A stretch of 64,000 nt of DNA from an uncultured bacterium (GTDB lineage: Bacteria > Bacillota_I > Bacilli_A > RFN20 > CAG-826). Below the pieces are notes generated by a model. It worked only from the letters and a program-made list of their open reading frames with translations, was not told where the DNA came from and searched no databases. This document shows, one piece after another, positions 36,632 through 45,608 of this stretch. Every line of letters begins with the position of its first letter. Position 1 is the stretch's first letter. A program made the translations under genes and the position numbers. The stretch is from assembly GCA_949293175.1 (NCBI GenBank), contig CASFCI010000003.1:78899-142898 (forward strand), written 5' to 3'.

Positions 36632-37597
36632 ATGGGAAGCAAGAAGACATTGATATTGACCGCTGCGGTCAGCCTGCTGGCCACCTTGTCCATCTCGGTG
36701 GCCACCTACGCCTGGTTTTTGACCAGCTTCGGGGCCAATGGCGGCAAGACAATCAACCTGACCTCAGGCGTCAGCTCGGTCATGGTCACCGCCAAGGCCT
36801 ACTCGATGAACGCCGATGAGAACGGCGGTTTCAGCGCGAAGAACAGCATCTCCATCGACAAAGCCGGAAACGTCACCGCCGAGGAGCAGGCTACCGGCCC
36901 CACCATCAGCTCGAGTTCCCTATCCGTCTCGTTCAATCAGGTCCGGGATGCCTACGACTATCTGCCTCTATACGCAAACGAGGTGAGCCTAAACCGCGAG
37001 AAGCTGCCTCGGGCCTACGTCGAATTGGAGTACCGCCAGGACAATGTCGGAGGCTACGTGAAAGTCGACGTCGAGCCAGTTGTCAAGAATACCTCTATAG
37101 AATGGTCAAAATCCGGGGATGCGTCGACATTTGGCGCGTATCTTCGCAGCTTCACCTACCGCAACGACGAATCCGCCCCAACCAGCGAATCGATCAGACA
37201 AATGCTCGAGGATAGGACAGAAAACGGCGCAAATCCCGACTCCAGCGTCTGGACCTCGCTTTCCTCTACTGCCGACGTCTATTCGGGACAGCTGCACGTC
37301 AATCCGCTCAACCTATCGCAGAACGGCGAACTCTACTATTCCTGCGCGACCTTGCTCGAGATAACGATCGACCCGTTGCCGTTCCTTGATATGCTTATGG
37401 ACACCATGCAGTCCTTAGACCAAGCAACATCTGATACGGAGTCCACCGGCCAGGGAACATCTAGCGTCAAATTCGAGCTTTCGCTCAACTTCAAGCTCAA
37501 CATCAGCTACTCCTCCAGCCCGTTCCGGGAAGGGAATAACGAGCTGCCGGTGGCCGAGCTCAACCCAGGAAGCTTTCTAGAAGGGGGCAACGCATGA
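36632..37597 (+). CDS. secreted protein with SipW-cognate class signal peptide (TasA-like paralog)
   Basis: N-terminus MGSKKTLILTAAVSLLATLSISVATYAWFLTSFGANGG. 321 aa. Only a 6-nt gap from the upstream gene. Confidence 0.65.
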   Translation: MGSKKTLILTAAVSLLATLSISVATYAWFLTSFGANGGKTINLTSGVSSVMVTAKAYSMNADENGGFSAKNSISIDKAGNVTAEEQATGPTISSSSLSVSFNQVRDAYDYLPLYANEVSLNREKLPRAYVELEYRQDNVGGYVKVDVEPVVKNTSIEWSKSGDASTFGAYLRSFTYRNDESAPTSESIRQMLEDRTENGANPDSSVWTSLSSTADVYSGQLHVNPLNLSQNGELYYSCATLLEITIDPLPFLDMLMDTMQSLDQATSDTESTGQGTSSVKFELSLNFKLNISYSSSPFREGNNELPVAELNPGSFLEGGNA

Positions 37598-38559
37598 GGA
37601 AGGGCAAGCTATTGACAAAACTGCTCGCCATGTCGGTCGCCCCATTGCTCTGCTTGGGATCTTTGGGCGTGGCCACCTACGCCTGGTTCACCGCCTCGAG
37701 GCGGGCCGAGCTAGGCGTCAACGAGATCAAGGTGAAGGCCCCGGAGTTCCCGGATACCTTCAGGCTATATGCCTATAACGGCAACTCCCCAAGCGGCTAC
37801 ACCGACTACGCCTACCTATCCGCGATCGGCGAGGCCGACCAAGCGGCGACCATAGGATCAGGCGTTTCCTTCTCCAGCCAATTCAGCGAAATAACCGGAT
37901 CGGAATACCGCCTGGAGAACCTCTTCCCGAAGTCCTGCTACCTCTTCGCGCTTTTCTTCGAGAAGGGCGAGGACTTCAATTCATTCTCGCTTAGCCTCAC
38001 CGCCTCTTGCTATGGCGAGGCCAGTGAAGGGACTGGCAAAGCGGTGCTCTACAACATAGAGGATGACGGCAGCGAGGGTCTCAACCACGGGCAGCAGATC
38101 GTGCTGGCCTCGGCCATCGACGTCTACACCAAGACGCTGCAGCTTTCCGATTCGGAATACACCGCGGACGACGGGGTTCTCCAGCTTAGCGACGCCAACT
38201 CGGAAGCCGCCAACGCCTTCATCACCACCGACATGGGCAGCGGCGACCCGACCCTGGGCCAGGTTACCGGTCGGCTGGTGGAGGACAGGTTCGACTACTT
38301 CCAGAACCGCGACGATGACGACACCTCGGCGATAACCCGGCAGGTGGTCGAGGAGACCGCGATGTCCACTTCGGCTTGCCTGGTCCTAATCCAAGTCGAG
38401 TTCTCCGACTTCCCGGAGACCCATATGTCGCCCCTCGACGAATCCGATCCGTCGTCTGGGGCCGATTATTGGGAATTCGACCCGTCATCAAGCCTATCGA
38501 CGCCCTACCAGGGGCTGCCGTTTTCCATCGAGGAACTGACTCTAAGGGGGAATAGATAA
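37594..38559 (+). CDS. secreted protein with SipW-cognate class signal peptide (TasA-like paralog)
   Basis: N-terminus ...LCLGSLGVATYAWFTASRRAELGVNEIKVKAP. 321 aa. ATGA-type overlap with the upstream gene. Confidence 0.65.
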   Translation: MRKGKLLTKLLAMSVAPLLCLGSLGVATYAWFTASRRAELGVNEIKVKAPEFPDTFRLYAYNGNSPSGYTDYAYLSAIGEADQAATIGSGVSFSSQFSEITGSEYRLENLFPKSCYLFALFFEKGEDFNSFSLSLTASCYGEASEGTGKAVLYNIEDDGSEGLNHGQQIVLASAIDVYTKTLQLSDSEYTADDGVLQLSDANSEAANAFITTDMGSGDPTLGQVTGRLVEDRFDYFQNRDDDDTSAITRQVVEETAMSTSACLVLIQVEFSDFPETHMSPLDESDPSSGADYWEFDPSSSLSTPYQGLPFSIEELTLRGNR

Positions 38560-38561
38560 CC

Positions 38562-41561
38562 ATGAAGAAGAACTCCGCAAAGCGGGCCGCGCTCATACTC
38601 TCGGCCAGCATGCTCGGCGCCTGCATCGCCTGTTACCTCATCCTGGCCATCGTGCTATTGAGCCTTGGGATGCACGACGTGCTTTCCTACATCTCCGTCT
38701 TTTTCTGCTTCGCCTGCGCCATAAGCTCGGCCGTGTTCGGCTACCTCGCCTACCGCCGCGCCAAGGTCGGCCGCCGGATGAGGCAATCCCTCATCGGGCA
38801 GCTCGACGACCTTTCCAAGGGCATAGTCAGCTATGGCGAGCCGCTGACGGGCTACGACGACCTCGACCGGTTCCAGGACGAGTTCAACTACTCGCTTTCC
38901 AGCCTGCGGGCGGTCGAGAAGGCCGAGGACGCGCCCCACTACAAAGGGCTGGGGTTCATCGAGGAGGAGACCTCTTTCCCGTCCACGCTGCTTGAGGAGA
39001 TAAGGCGCAACCCGAGCTACCGCCAGGCTCTGCTGGCCATCAAGGCGACCGGCAAGGGCAAGATCGACGACATCGGGTTCCAGAAGCTCCGGGTGGAGAT
39101 ACTCTCCGAGTTCCCCGACGCGCTGCTATCCCCTTATGGGGATGACGGCTATTTCGCCTACGTCTACGACTGCTCCTCCTTCGTCGAGCTTTATAAGCGG
39201 TGCGCGACTTTGGTCGCGAACTTCGCCCACCAAGACAAGGACCAAAGCCAAGGCGAGGGCAACGTCTTCGGCGCCAGGGTCGGCGGGGCCATCTTCCCCT
39301 TCATCCCGGCCGTGATGCTCATCGACTCGGCCAAGAAGGCCCTCGACAAGGGCAAGGACGTCGAGATCGACAAAGGGGACGGCAAGATCTACTACCCCTC
39401 CAACAAGAGCAACCGCCTGGCGAGGCAGGTCATCGCCCTCACCAACTTCGAGAAGCTCTTCTCCGCCACCTACACCGCGAAGGACGAGAAGCAGCGCCGC
39501 CAGACACTAAGGGACTCGCTGTCTTATTTCCTTAAGACCGAGGGGTTCTCCCGCGGGGGATTCCTCCGCTACGACCATCTGAAGCAGGGCTACGAATTGC
39601 TATTCGAGGTGGCGGAAGGCGAGGACGAGGTATGCTCCCCCAAGGCGCTGGGCGACTTCATGCCCGAGCGGTTCATCGATCCGCTTTACGACCGGGCAAA
39701 GGAGGATTTCCCCCTGCTGGTCAACTCGTTGCCCTACGCCGACAAGGCGGTCGCCGATTTCCTCGACTCGCTGCGCGCCGGATCGGCCGTGCTCGCCCCG
39801 GTGGAATGGTCCGGGGAGAAGTTCGGCCTGCTTTACATGCTGTCCAAAGACCCCGGGAAGGCGTTCGGCCTCGACGAGGCCAGCAAGCTCCACGACCTCT
39901 ATTCCCTTTTCGCCACCGCGATCATATCCTCGAAGAGGCTGCAGAAGGACGAGGAGAAGAAGTCGTTGCTCGACGCCTTATCGCGCCGGGCTGGCAAGTA
40001 CATATACGCCATAGACGAGGACTACCTGATTTCCGAATGCACATCCAACCTGCAGAAGAAGCTCGGATTCGACCCGCGGAAGATGAAGTGCCACAAGGCC
40101 CTCTTCGACTCCGACTCGCCCTGCCCGATGTGCCCGCTTAGGCAGGGAGCCATCAGCGCCACCATCAAGAAGATATCGGCCAAGCCGTCGCTCGTCTCGG
40201 TGGTCACCCGCGGCAAATCGGGGTCAAGCTCGGGCTCGGTGCTCATAATCGAGCCGACCGGGAAGGCCGGCGACTCGCCCCTATCAAAGTCGAGCCTGGA
40301 CAAGAACCTGCTCATCCCGAACCTCGCCTCCTTCAAAAGCGCCCTCTCCCGCGAGCTGGTCGACGGCGATGGATTCATATTGGCCTTCCGCCTCATCAAC
40401 GCCCAGAAGGTGCTCTCATCCCATCCGCTGCAGACATACTCGACCTTGCTATACGCGATCCTGGAGAACCTCGAGTCGACGCCCTACATCTCCGAGTGCT
40501 ACCGCTACGACGACCACACCATCGCCATCAAGCTATCGAGCATGTACAAACGCACCGAGCTCTACGCCGCGGTCGAGGAGATCGCCCTTTCCCTAAACGC
40601 CGCCATCGACGTCGAGGGCGAGCAGTTCTCCCCGCGTTATAGTTACTGCGCCATCTATTACCCCGCCGAGGTCGGCTCGGTCGAGGAGATGGTCTCGCTT
40701 ATCCGCACCGAGCTCAGCCGCTCGCAGAAGCTTGGCGAGGGATTGCTCGCCGAGGTGGGCCGCAACAACCTCCGCAAGGCCAGCCGGAAGGACAACTTCC
40801 TCTCCCTTGCCGCCACCATGGCCGCCCGGGACAAGGCCAAGTTCGCCTTCTCGCCGATCTACGAGGCCTCGACCAAGCGAATCGCCGCCTTCGAGGCCTT
40901 CCCGATTCTCGAGGAGAACGGCAAGCCGATATCCAGCGGGGAGTTCGTGTCGATATTCCAGTCCGACCAGAAGGCCTTGGTCGCCTATGGGCAAAGCGCG
41001 ATGCGCGGCACCCTGAGCTTCCTATCCGGCATCCGCAACGAGCTGCGCAAGGCCAGCGTCGCCCGCGTCTATTTCCGCATCCGCTCGGAATTGGTGTCCA
41101 GCGACGCCCTATATGACTTCCTCACCGCCACCTTGCCATCATACCCCGAGGTCAAGGATAAGGTCGGCATCTTGGTCGACGCCGGGACCACCATCGAGTC
41201 CCCCACCGCCAAATCCGGCATGGAGAGGCTATCCAAGCTCGGGGTCAAGATCGCCCTGTCCGACGTGCGGGAGGAGCACCTCGGATCGGACTTCGACTTC
41301 TCCTCCGCCGACCTGGTCGAGGTGACCGAGGGACTCTGCCGCGACGCGATGGACAACGACTCGACCTCATTGGCATTGCTCCGCTTCGCCTCGAGGATGC
41401 AGCAGGAGAAGGTTCAGGTCGCCTGCAAAGGCGTTTCCGACGAGAGGACGCTCGGCTTCCTATCCGGCTCGATGATCGGGCTGGCCAAAGGCGGTATGTT
41501 CGGCAGCAATGTGCTGCTCCCCGAGGGGGTCGTCAGCGCCCTCAACTACTCATCCAATTGA
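38562..41561 (+). CDS. 999-aa membrane protein with degenerate GGDEF-like and degenerate EAL-like domains (candidate c-di-GMP receptor/regulator)
   Basis: Two N-terminal TM helices. The GGDEF position reads CYRYDDHTIAIKL (RxGGDEF replaced). The C-terminal EAL-like block (…VQVACKGVSDERTLGFL…GGMFG) lacks key catalytic residues. Only a 2-nt gap from the upstream gene. Confidence 0.5.
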   Translation: MKKNSAKRAALILSASMLGACIACYLILAIVLLSLGMHDVLSYISVFFCFACAISSAVFGYLAYRRAKVGRRMRQSLIGQLDDLSKGIVSYGEPLTGYDDLDRFQDEFNYSLSSLRAVEKAEDAPHYKGLGFIEEETSFPSTLLEEIRRNPSYRQALLAIKATGKGKIDDIGFQKLRVEILSEFPDALLSPYGDDGYFAYVYDCSSFVELYKRCATLVANFAHQDKDQSQGEGNVFGARVGGAIFPFIPAVMLIDSAKKALDKGKDVEIDKGDGKIYYPSNKSNRLARQVIALTNFEKLFSATYTAKDEKQRRQTLRDSLSYFLKTEGFSRGGFLRYDHLKQGYELLFEVAEGEDEVCSPKALGDFMPERFIDPLYDRAKEDFPLLVNSLPYADKAVADFLDSLRAGSAVLAPVEWSGEKFGLLYMLSKDPGKAFGLDEASKLHDLYSLFATAIISSKRLQKDEEKKSLLDALSRRAGKYIYAIDEDYLISECTSNLQKKLGFDPRKMKCHKALFDSDSPCPMCPLRQGAISATIKKISAKPSLVSVVTRGKSGSSSGSVLIIEPTGKAGDSPLSKSSLDKNLLIPNLASFKSALSRELVDGDGFILAFRLINAQKVLSSHPLQTYSTLLYAILENLESTPYISECYRYDDHTIAIKLSSMYKRTELYAAVEEIALSLNAAIDVEGEQFSPRYSYCAIYYPAEVGSVEEMVSLIRTELSRSQKLGEGLLAEVGRNNLRKASRKDNFLSLAATMAARDKAKFAFSPIYEASTKRIAAFEAFPILEENGKPISSGEFVSIFQSDQKALVAYGQSAMRGTLSFLSGIRNELRKASVARVYFRIRSELVSSDALYDFLTATLPSYPEVKDKVGILVDAGTTIESPTAKSGMERLSKLGVKIALSDVREEHLGSDFDFSSADLVEVTEGLCRDAMDNDSTSLALLRFASRMQQEKVQVACKGVSDERTLGFLSGSMIGLAKGGMFGSNVLLPEGVVSALNYSSN

Positions 41562-41575
41562 TCGGGTTAAAAAGA

Positions 41576-41610
41576 AAAACGGGCTTGTCGGAAGGCAAAC
41601 CCGTTTTCTT
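41576..41610. terminator. bidirectional rho-independent terminator
   Basis: aaaaACGGGCTTGtcggaaggCAAACCCGTtttctt lies between the convergent 999-aa gene (+) and the acnX small-subunit gene (-). Confidence 0.6.
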
Positions 41611-41627
41611 ATATACCTAGAATGATA

Positions 41628-42071
41628 TCAGCTGACCGTGACCGTGCCGTCTTCATCGATCTCGATGGTATCGCCGGTGGTGACGGTTTGCAGGAACTCA
41701 TCGCCGAGGCAGTCGATGGCGATCAGGGGGACCTTGTTCCAGGTGGTGGCCAGCACGATGCCCGAGGCCGCCAGGGGGTCGATCGGCTTGGAGAAGAGGA
41801 AGGCCGCCGGGGCGATGAGCCGGCTCGCGACGGTCTGGATGACCATGCCGCCGGTGGTCGAGCCGATGGTCATAGGCAGGCAAAGCGCCTTCCCGGTGAT
41901 GTTCTTCCCGAACAGGTCGGGGTTGTTCTGGTCGGAGACGATGACCTTCTTGCAGCGGCTGTTGAGCGCGCTCTTCTGGAAGGAGGCGAGGGTGTTGAAC
42001 CCGCCTTTGCTCACGGCCGCTTCGCCTTTCCATTTCCCGGGGGCGATGACCCGTCCTTTGAACTTCCTCAC
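41628..42071 (-). CDS. aconitase X swivel-domain small subunit (DUF126)
   Basis: A GTG start overlaps the upstream TGA (aaaGTGAgg) and follows SD GGAGAGG. GRVIAPGKWKGEAAVSKGGFNTLASF matches the DUF126 consensus. The tracked ORF (41628..42185) over-extends into the upstream gene. Confidence 0.55.
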   Translation of the reverse strand: MRKFKGRVIAPGKWKGEAAVSKGGFNTLASFQKSALNSRCKKVIVSDQNNPDLFGKNITGKALCLPMTIGSTTGGMVIQTVASRLIAPAAFLFSKPIDPLAASGIVLATTWNKVPLIAIDCLGDEFLQTVTTGDTIEIDEDGTVTVS

Positions 42072-43366
42072 TTTATCCTCTCCTTCCCGACGAGGATGCT
42101 TAGCAGCTCCTCGTCCTTGGCGTAGCGCGCGAACGTGTAGGTGCGCAGCTTGTTGGAGTTGGTGATGAGCCGCTTCATCCCGCACAGCGGGTTATCGGCG
42201 TACATCAGCGGGCAGATGCTCGCTAGGTGCGCCCCGGTGGCCATTAGCCTATCGTAATCCGGGGTGGCCTTGAACTTCTTGACGACCGCGGGGGCGGCGG
42301 TCAAGACGGTGTAGCAGGTTAGCTTCTTCCTGCCGGTGTCCTTCAATCCCGCCTCGAGCTTGTCCGTCCAGTCGAGGAGCTGCTTGTAGCTCAGGTGCGG
42401 GCAGCCGATGAAGGCGCGCTGCGGGGCCTTGTCCTTATGCTTCCACATGATGGGGTAGGACTTGTAGACCCTTTCGATCTCGGCGTCGTCGATGACGTAT
42501 TCGATTGCGTTGTCCTTGATGAGCTTGGCGCCCAATCTCTTCGCCTCGGGGGTGATGCCATCCACGTGGTATAGCCCCACCGCCCCGTTGGAGGCGCTGG
42601 CGGCGCCCATGTCCTTCAAGTAGGCGACGGTGTCGTCGTCTGGCAGCTGCTTGAGGAACTTGTCGAGCCCGATGATGTAGGGGACCTTCTCCATGACCTT
42701 CATGCCGATGGCCGAGCCGAGTATCTGGGCCTCGGGGGCCTTGCTGGTCCTGATGATTACCCGGTAGTCGGCCTTCCTGCCCTCATCGGTGAGGAAGCCG
42801 AACTCGGGGGCGACCCCGAGGATGGTCATGAATAGCTCAAGCACGCCGGAGTTGCGGTTGCACTTCGCGCCGAGGACCGAGTTGGCGTAGACGACGGCGC
42901 TTGATTCCGCCCAGGCGATGACGTCCCCCTCCTTGGGGGCGTTGCCGACCTCGGGCAGGTAGCAGGTGCAGGAGAAGGAGTCGTCGGATAGCAATCCGAC
43001 CTTCTTGAGCATTCCCTCGTATTCTTCCTGACGGCCGTAGATTATCTTCTTGAAGACGAGCTTCTCGAGCGGGTTGGCGGAGCAGTTATCGAACTCCATC
43101 GGGCGCGGGTCGGCGGTGAATCCGCCCTCGGCTTTGCAGCCCGCCTCGATGAGCTCCTCCATCAAAGGGTAGATCGGGGTGAGCATCGAGATGCCGAAGC
43201 TAGTGACCAGATGGCCGGTGTTGTAGGTGAGGGGCAATAGCCGCTTGGCGTTGAAGATATCGCCATAGCGGACCACGCATTCCATCATCTTGGCCCTGGT
43301 CTCGCCCTGGGCGCCTTCCAATATGGAGAGTTGCTCGGGGGTCAGTTCCATCTTTGGCTGGTACAT
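42068..43366 (-). CDS. aconitase X catalytic (large) subunit (DUF521)
   Basis: 432 aa with the N-terminal MELTPEQLSILEGAQGETRAKMMECVVRYGDIF pattern. It is paired with a DUF126 partner, as in AcnX-type dehydratases. Confidence 0.65.
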   Translation of the reverse strand: MYQPKMELTPEQLSILEGAQGETRAKMMECVVRYGDIFNAKRLLPLTYNTGHLVTSFGISMLTPIYPLMEELIEAGCKAEGGFTADPRPMEFDNCSANPLEKLVFKKIIYGRQEEYEGMLKKVGLLSDDSFSCTCYLPEVGNAPKEGDVIAWAESSAVVYANSVLGAKCNRNSGVLELFMTILGVAPEFGFLTDEGRKADYRVIIRTSKAPEAQILGSAIGMKVMEKVPYIIGLDKFLKQLPDDDTVAYLKDMGAASASNGAVGLYHVDGITPEAKRLGAKLIKDNAIEYVIDDAEIERVYKSYPIMWKHKDKAPQRAFIGCPHLSYKQLLDWTDKLEAGLKDTGRKKLTCYTVLTAAPAVVKKFKATPDYDRLMATGAHLASICPLMYADNPLCGMKRLITNSNKLRTYTFARYAKDEELLSILVGKERIK

Positions 43367-43367
43367 T

Positions 43368-43769
43368 TCATTCCTTCCTTTCCAATTTGTGGGTGGCTAG
43401 ATAAGAGAGGACGGCGGTCGAGGTCGCCTCGTTGGTGGCGAACGGTATGTCGTATACCGCGGCGATCCGCATCAGCGCCTTGACGTCGGGGTCATGGGGC
43501 TGGCTGGAAAGCGGGTCCCAGAAGAAGAACACCGCATCGATGAGCCCCTCGGCGATGGCCGCGCCGATCTGCTGGTCGCCGCCCATCGGTCCGGAGAGAT
43601 ACCCCTCCACCGGAAGCGAGGTCGCCTGCTGCACGAGCTTGGCGGTATGGCCGGTCCCAACAAGGCGGAAAAGCGAAAGCCTATCCTTGTGGGCGGAAGC
43701 CCAAATCGCCATTTGGCTCTTCTTGTTGTCGTGGGCCACCAAGGCCAAAACCAATCTGCCGTCTTTCAT
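43368..43769 (-). CDS. mgsA: methylglyoxal synthase
   Basis: LVLALVAHDNKK...GPMGGDQQIGA...DAVFFFWDPL are signature MGS motifs. 133 aa. Confidence 0.85.
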   Translation of the reverse strand: MKDGRLVLALVAHDNKKSQMAIWASAHKDRLSLFRLVGTGHTAKLVQQATSLPVEGYLSGPMGGDQQIGAAIAEGLIDAVFFFWDPLSSQPHDPDVKALMRIAAVYDIPFATNEATSTAVLSYLATHKLERKE

Positions 43770-43824
43770 AGGCTTAGTATATATTGCCTAAGGCCATTTT
43801 TTCAGTCGGAAAAGGGCGAAGCGC

Positions 43825-43838
43825 TGAAAATATTTTCA
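43825..43838. promoter_or_regulatory. perfect 14-bp palindrome TGAAAATATTTTCA (cre-like operator)
   Basis: It lies in the divergent region between the mgsA operon and the small-protein gene. The half-sites are identical to the cre TGAAA/TTTCA arms. Confidence 0.35.
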
Positions 43839-43912
43839 ACCGCCAAGGGAAAACAAGTGCAAAACGAAGCGCATTTTCGCCAAAAAAGTTACGTGTTTAT
43901 CGTATGTTTTTA

Positions 43913-43926
43913 TGAAAGCGTTTTCT
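43913..43926. promoter_or_regulatory. cre-like site TGAAAGCGTTTTCT (CcpA catabolite-responsive-element consensus TGWAANCGNTNWCA)
   Basis: It is followed 1 nt later by a second partial copy, TGAAAGCGCATACTGAAATCG. Confidence 0.4.
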
Positions 43927-44032
43927 GAAAGCGCATACTGAAATCGGTTACATAAACAATCGCTTTCCTTTTGCCATATATTAATGCTGCTCCAAGAGAG
44001 GAGCGAAGTAGAAAGCAAGAGGAGGTAGTGAC

Positions 44033-44185
44033 ATGGACAAGGAATACACTGCCAAGCTAGAGGAGCTCGCCGCGGAAGGCGCCATCTTCGACGACGGATA
44101 CGATTCGGAGAGCGGACAATCCTACGAGCAGCCCCATTTCGTTGAGCTGATGGTCAGCCCGATCGAGATCAACCGGGCGTTCTGA
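44033..44185 (+). CDS. small acidic protein (50 aa), not in ORF track
   Basis: ATG is preceded by a strong SD (GAGGAGG-N5). MDKEYTAKLEELAAEGAIFDDGYDSESGQSYEQPHFVELMVSPIEINRAF. It is followed by a strong terminator. Confidence 0.45.
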   Translation: MDKEYTAKLEELAAEGAIFDDGYDSESGQSYEQPHFVELMVSPIEINRAF

Positions 44186-44200
44186 TCCAAAACGCAAAGT

Positions 44201-44230
44201 CAAGGCCCCTTTGGGGGCCTTTTCTTTTTC
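44201..44230 (+). terminator. rho-independent terminator
   Basis: AGGCCCCtttGGGGGCCT followed by tttctttttc. Confidence 0.65.
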
Positions 44231-44286
44231 TTCGAGCATAGCCGATGGCTATTTGCCCGATTTGGGGTACAATCTCCCCGAGGTAT

Positions 44287-44856
44287 ATGACCAAGGGAAA
44301 CAAGATAATAAGATTGGGGGGCGGGAACGCCCTCAAGCGGCTAACCGCGTCGAGCTTCTTGACGGCCGCTTACGTGGCTTTGTCGTTTTTCTGCGTGCGG
44401 ATGGGGAACTACACCATCACGCTGGCCCCGCTGCCGATAATCCTCTCCGCGGTGCTCTTCGGCCCGATAGAGGGGGTCTGCGTGGCGGCCTTAGGCGAGT
44501 TCCTGGTGCAGGTGGCCCTATATGGGTTCACGCCCACCACCGCCATCTGGATGGCGGCGCCGCTGTTCCGGCCATTGCTGATCGGGCTGGTAAGCTTAGG
44601 CTACTCCAGGAAAGGCGAGGCGCTGGAGGACCACTGGGTGGCCTTCCTATTGTCCATCATATCCGCCAGCTTATTGGTCACCGGGCTCAACACCCTCGCC
44701 CTCTACCTCGATTCGCTGATCTACGGCTACCCATTCGCCTTCGCCGTCGTGGAGACGCTCATCCGGGTTGCCTTCGGGCTGGCCACCGCGGTCATCTGCT
44801 TCCTGCTTAGCCGGCCGCTCATCAGATCGATAAGGAGCTTAATGAACGCAAAATGA
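44287..44856 (+). CDS. ECF-transporter S-component-like membrane protein
   Basis: About 190 aa with 5-6 TM helices, resembling substrate-capture proteins of ECF transporters. The likely start is Met at 44287 (GAGG 4 nt upstream); the tracked ORF starts at 44245. Confidence 0.4.
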   Translation: MTKGNKIIRLGGGNALKRLTASSFLTAAYVALSFFCVRMGNYTITLAPLPIILSAVLFGPIEGVCVAALGEFLVQVALYGFTPTTAIWMAAPLFRPLLIGLVSLGYSRKGEALEDHWVAFLLSIISASLLVTGLNTLALYLDSLIYGYPFAFAVVETLIRVAFGLATAVICFLLSRPLIRSIRSLMNAK

Positions 44857-45608
44857 AAAGAGCCAAAGCGGTATTCGTCGTTTCTTTAGTCGTCTCAATC
44901 CTCGGCGCCCTGGGGGTCGCGGCCCCTTGGATCGCCGTCTTCTTGATCGCCGCCATGGGCGATCCCGGGCAGGACATCAACTTGCCCTTGCTGACCGGCA
45001 TCGAGATCTGCTTCATCATAGTCCTCGCCATCGGGCTCATCATGTGCCTGTCCTCGATCCCCCAGTACGTGATCGCAAGGAAGGCCAGCAAGCTGTCCGC
45101 CGCGCCCATTGAGGAAGGCGGCGAGCCGATACTATCCAAGGAAGACGGGAGCCTCCCCTACTCGAAGATGTTTACGGCCCACTTCTACTCCAATTCCAAC
45201 CTGCTCATCCAGAACATGATCGTCTTGGCCTTGGCCATCGTTGGCTTCGCCGTCAGCTGCTACTATGGTGAGATCCCGGTCGTGGCGCTCCTCTCCATTC
45301 TGCTCGGGATATCGCTGGTGTTCTTCTTGGCGATACTCTTTCTCGCGCCCTACACCTACTCAAAGCAGAAGATCGTCTATTCGCTTTATGAGGACCACGT
45401 CACCGTCGAGGCCATAGCGAAGGGCAAGAACCAGACCAGCTCGACGAAGCTTTCCATCGCCTATGGAAGCATCGCGAAGTCGATAAGGCAGAACGGCTAC
45501 GCCATATACCGCAGCTACATCCTGACCGAGAAGACGGCCAAGCGCATCGACCTGATAGTGATCGACGCCGAGCTTAAGGAAGCGCTGGACAAGAGGCTAT
45601 CGATATGA
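44853..45608 (+). CDS. membrane protein, unknown
   Basis: 251 aa with four TM helices plus a C-terminal soluble domain. It overlaps both neighbouring genes by 4 nt. Confidence 0.4.
   Translation: MKRAKAVFVVSLVVSILGALGVAAPWIAVFLIAAMGDPGQDINLPLLTGIEICFIIVLAIGLIMCLSSIPQYVIARKASKLSAAPIEEGGEPILSKEDGSLPYSKMFTAHFYSNSNLLIQNMIVLALAIVGFAVSCYYGEIPVVALLSILLGISLVFFLAILFLAPYTYSKQKIVYSLYEDHVTVEAIAKGKNQTSSTKLSIAYGSIAKSIRQNGYAIYRSYILTEKTAKRIDLIVIDAELKEALDKRLSI

Noticed and set aside
44057-44239. 60-aa antisense ORF opposite the small acidic protein gene
   Set aside because: There is no SD, and it runs through the sense-strand terminator. The sense ORF has far better signals.
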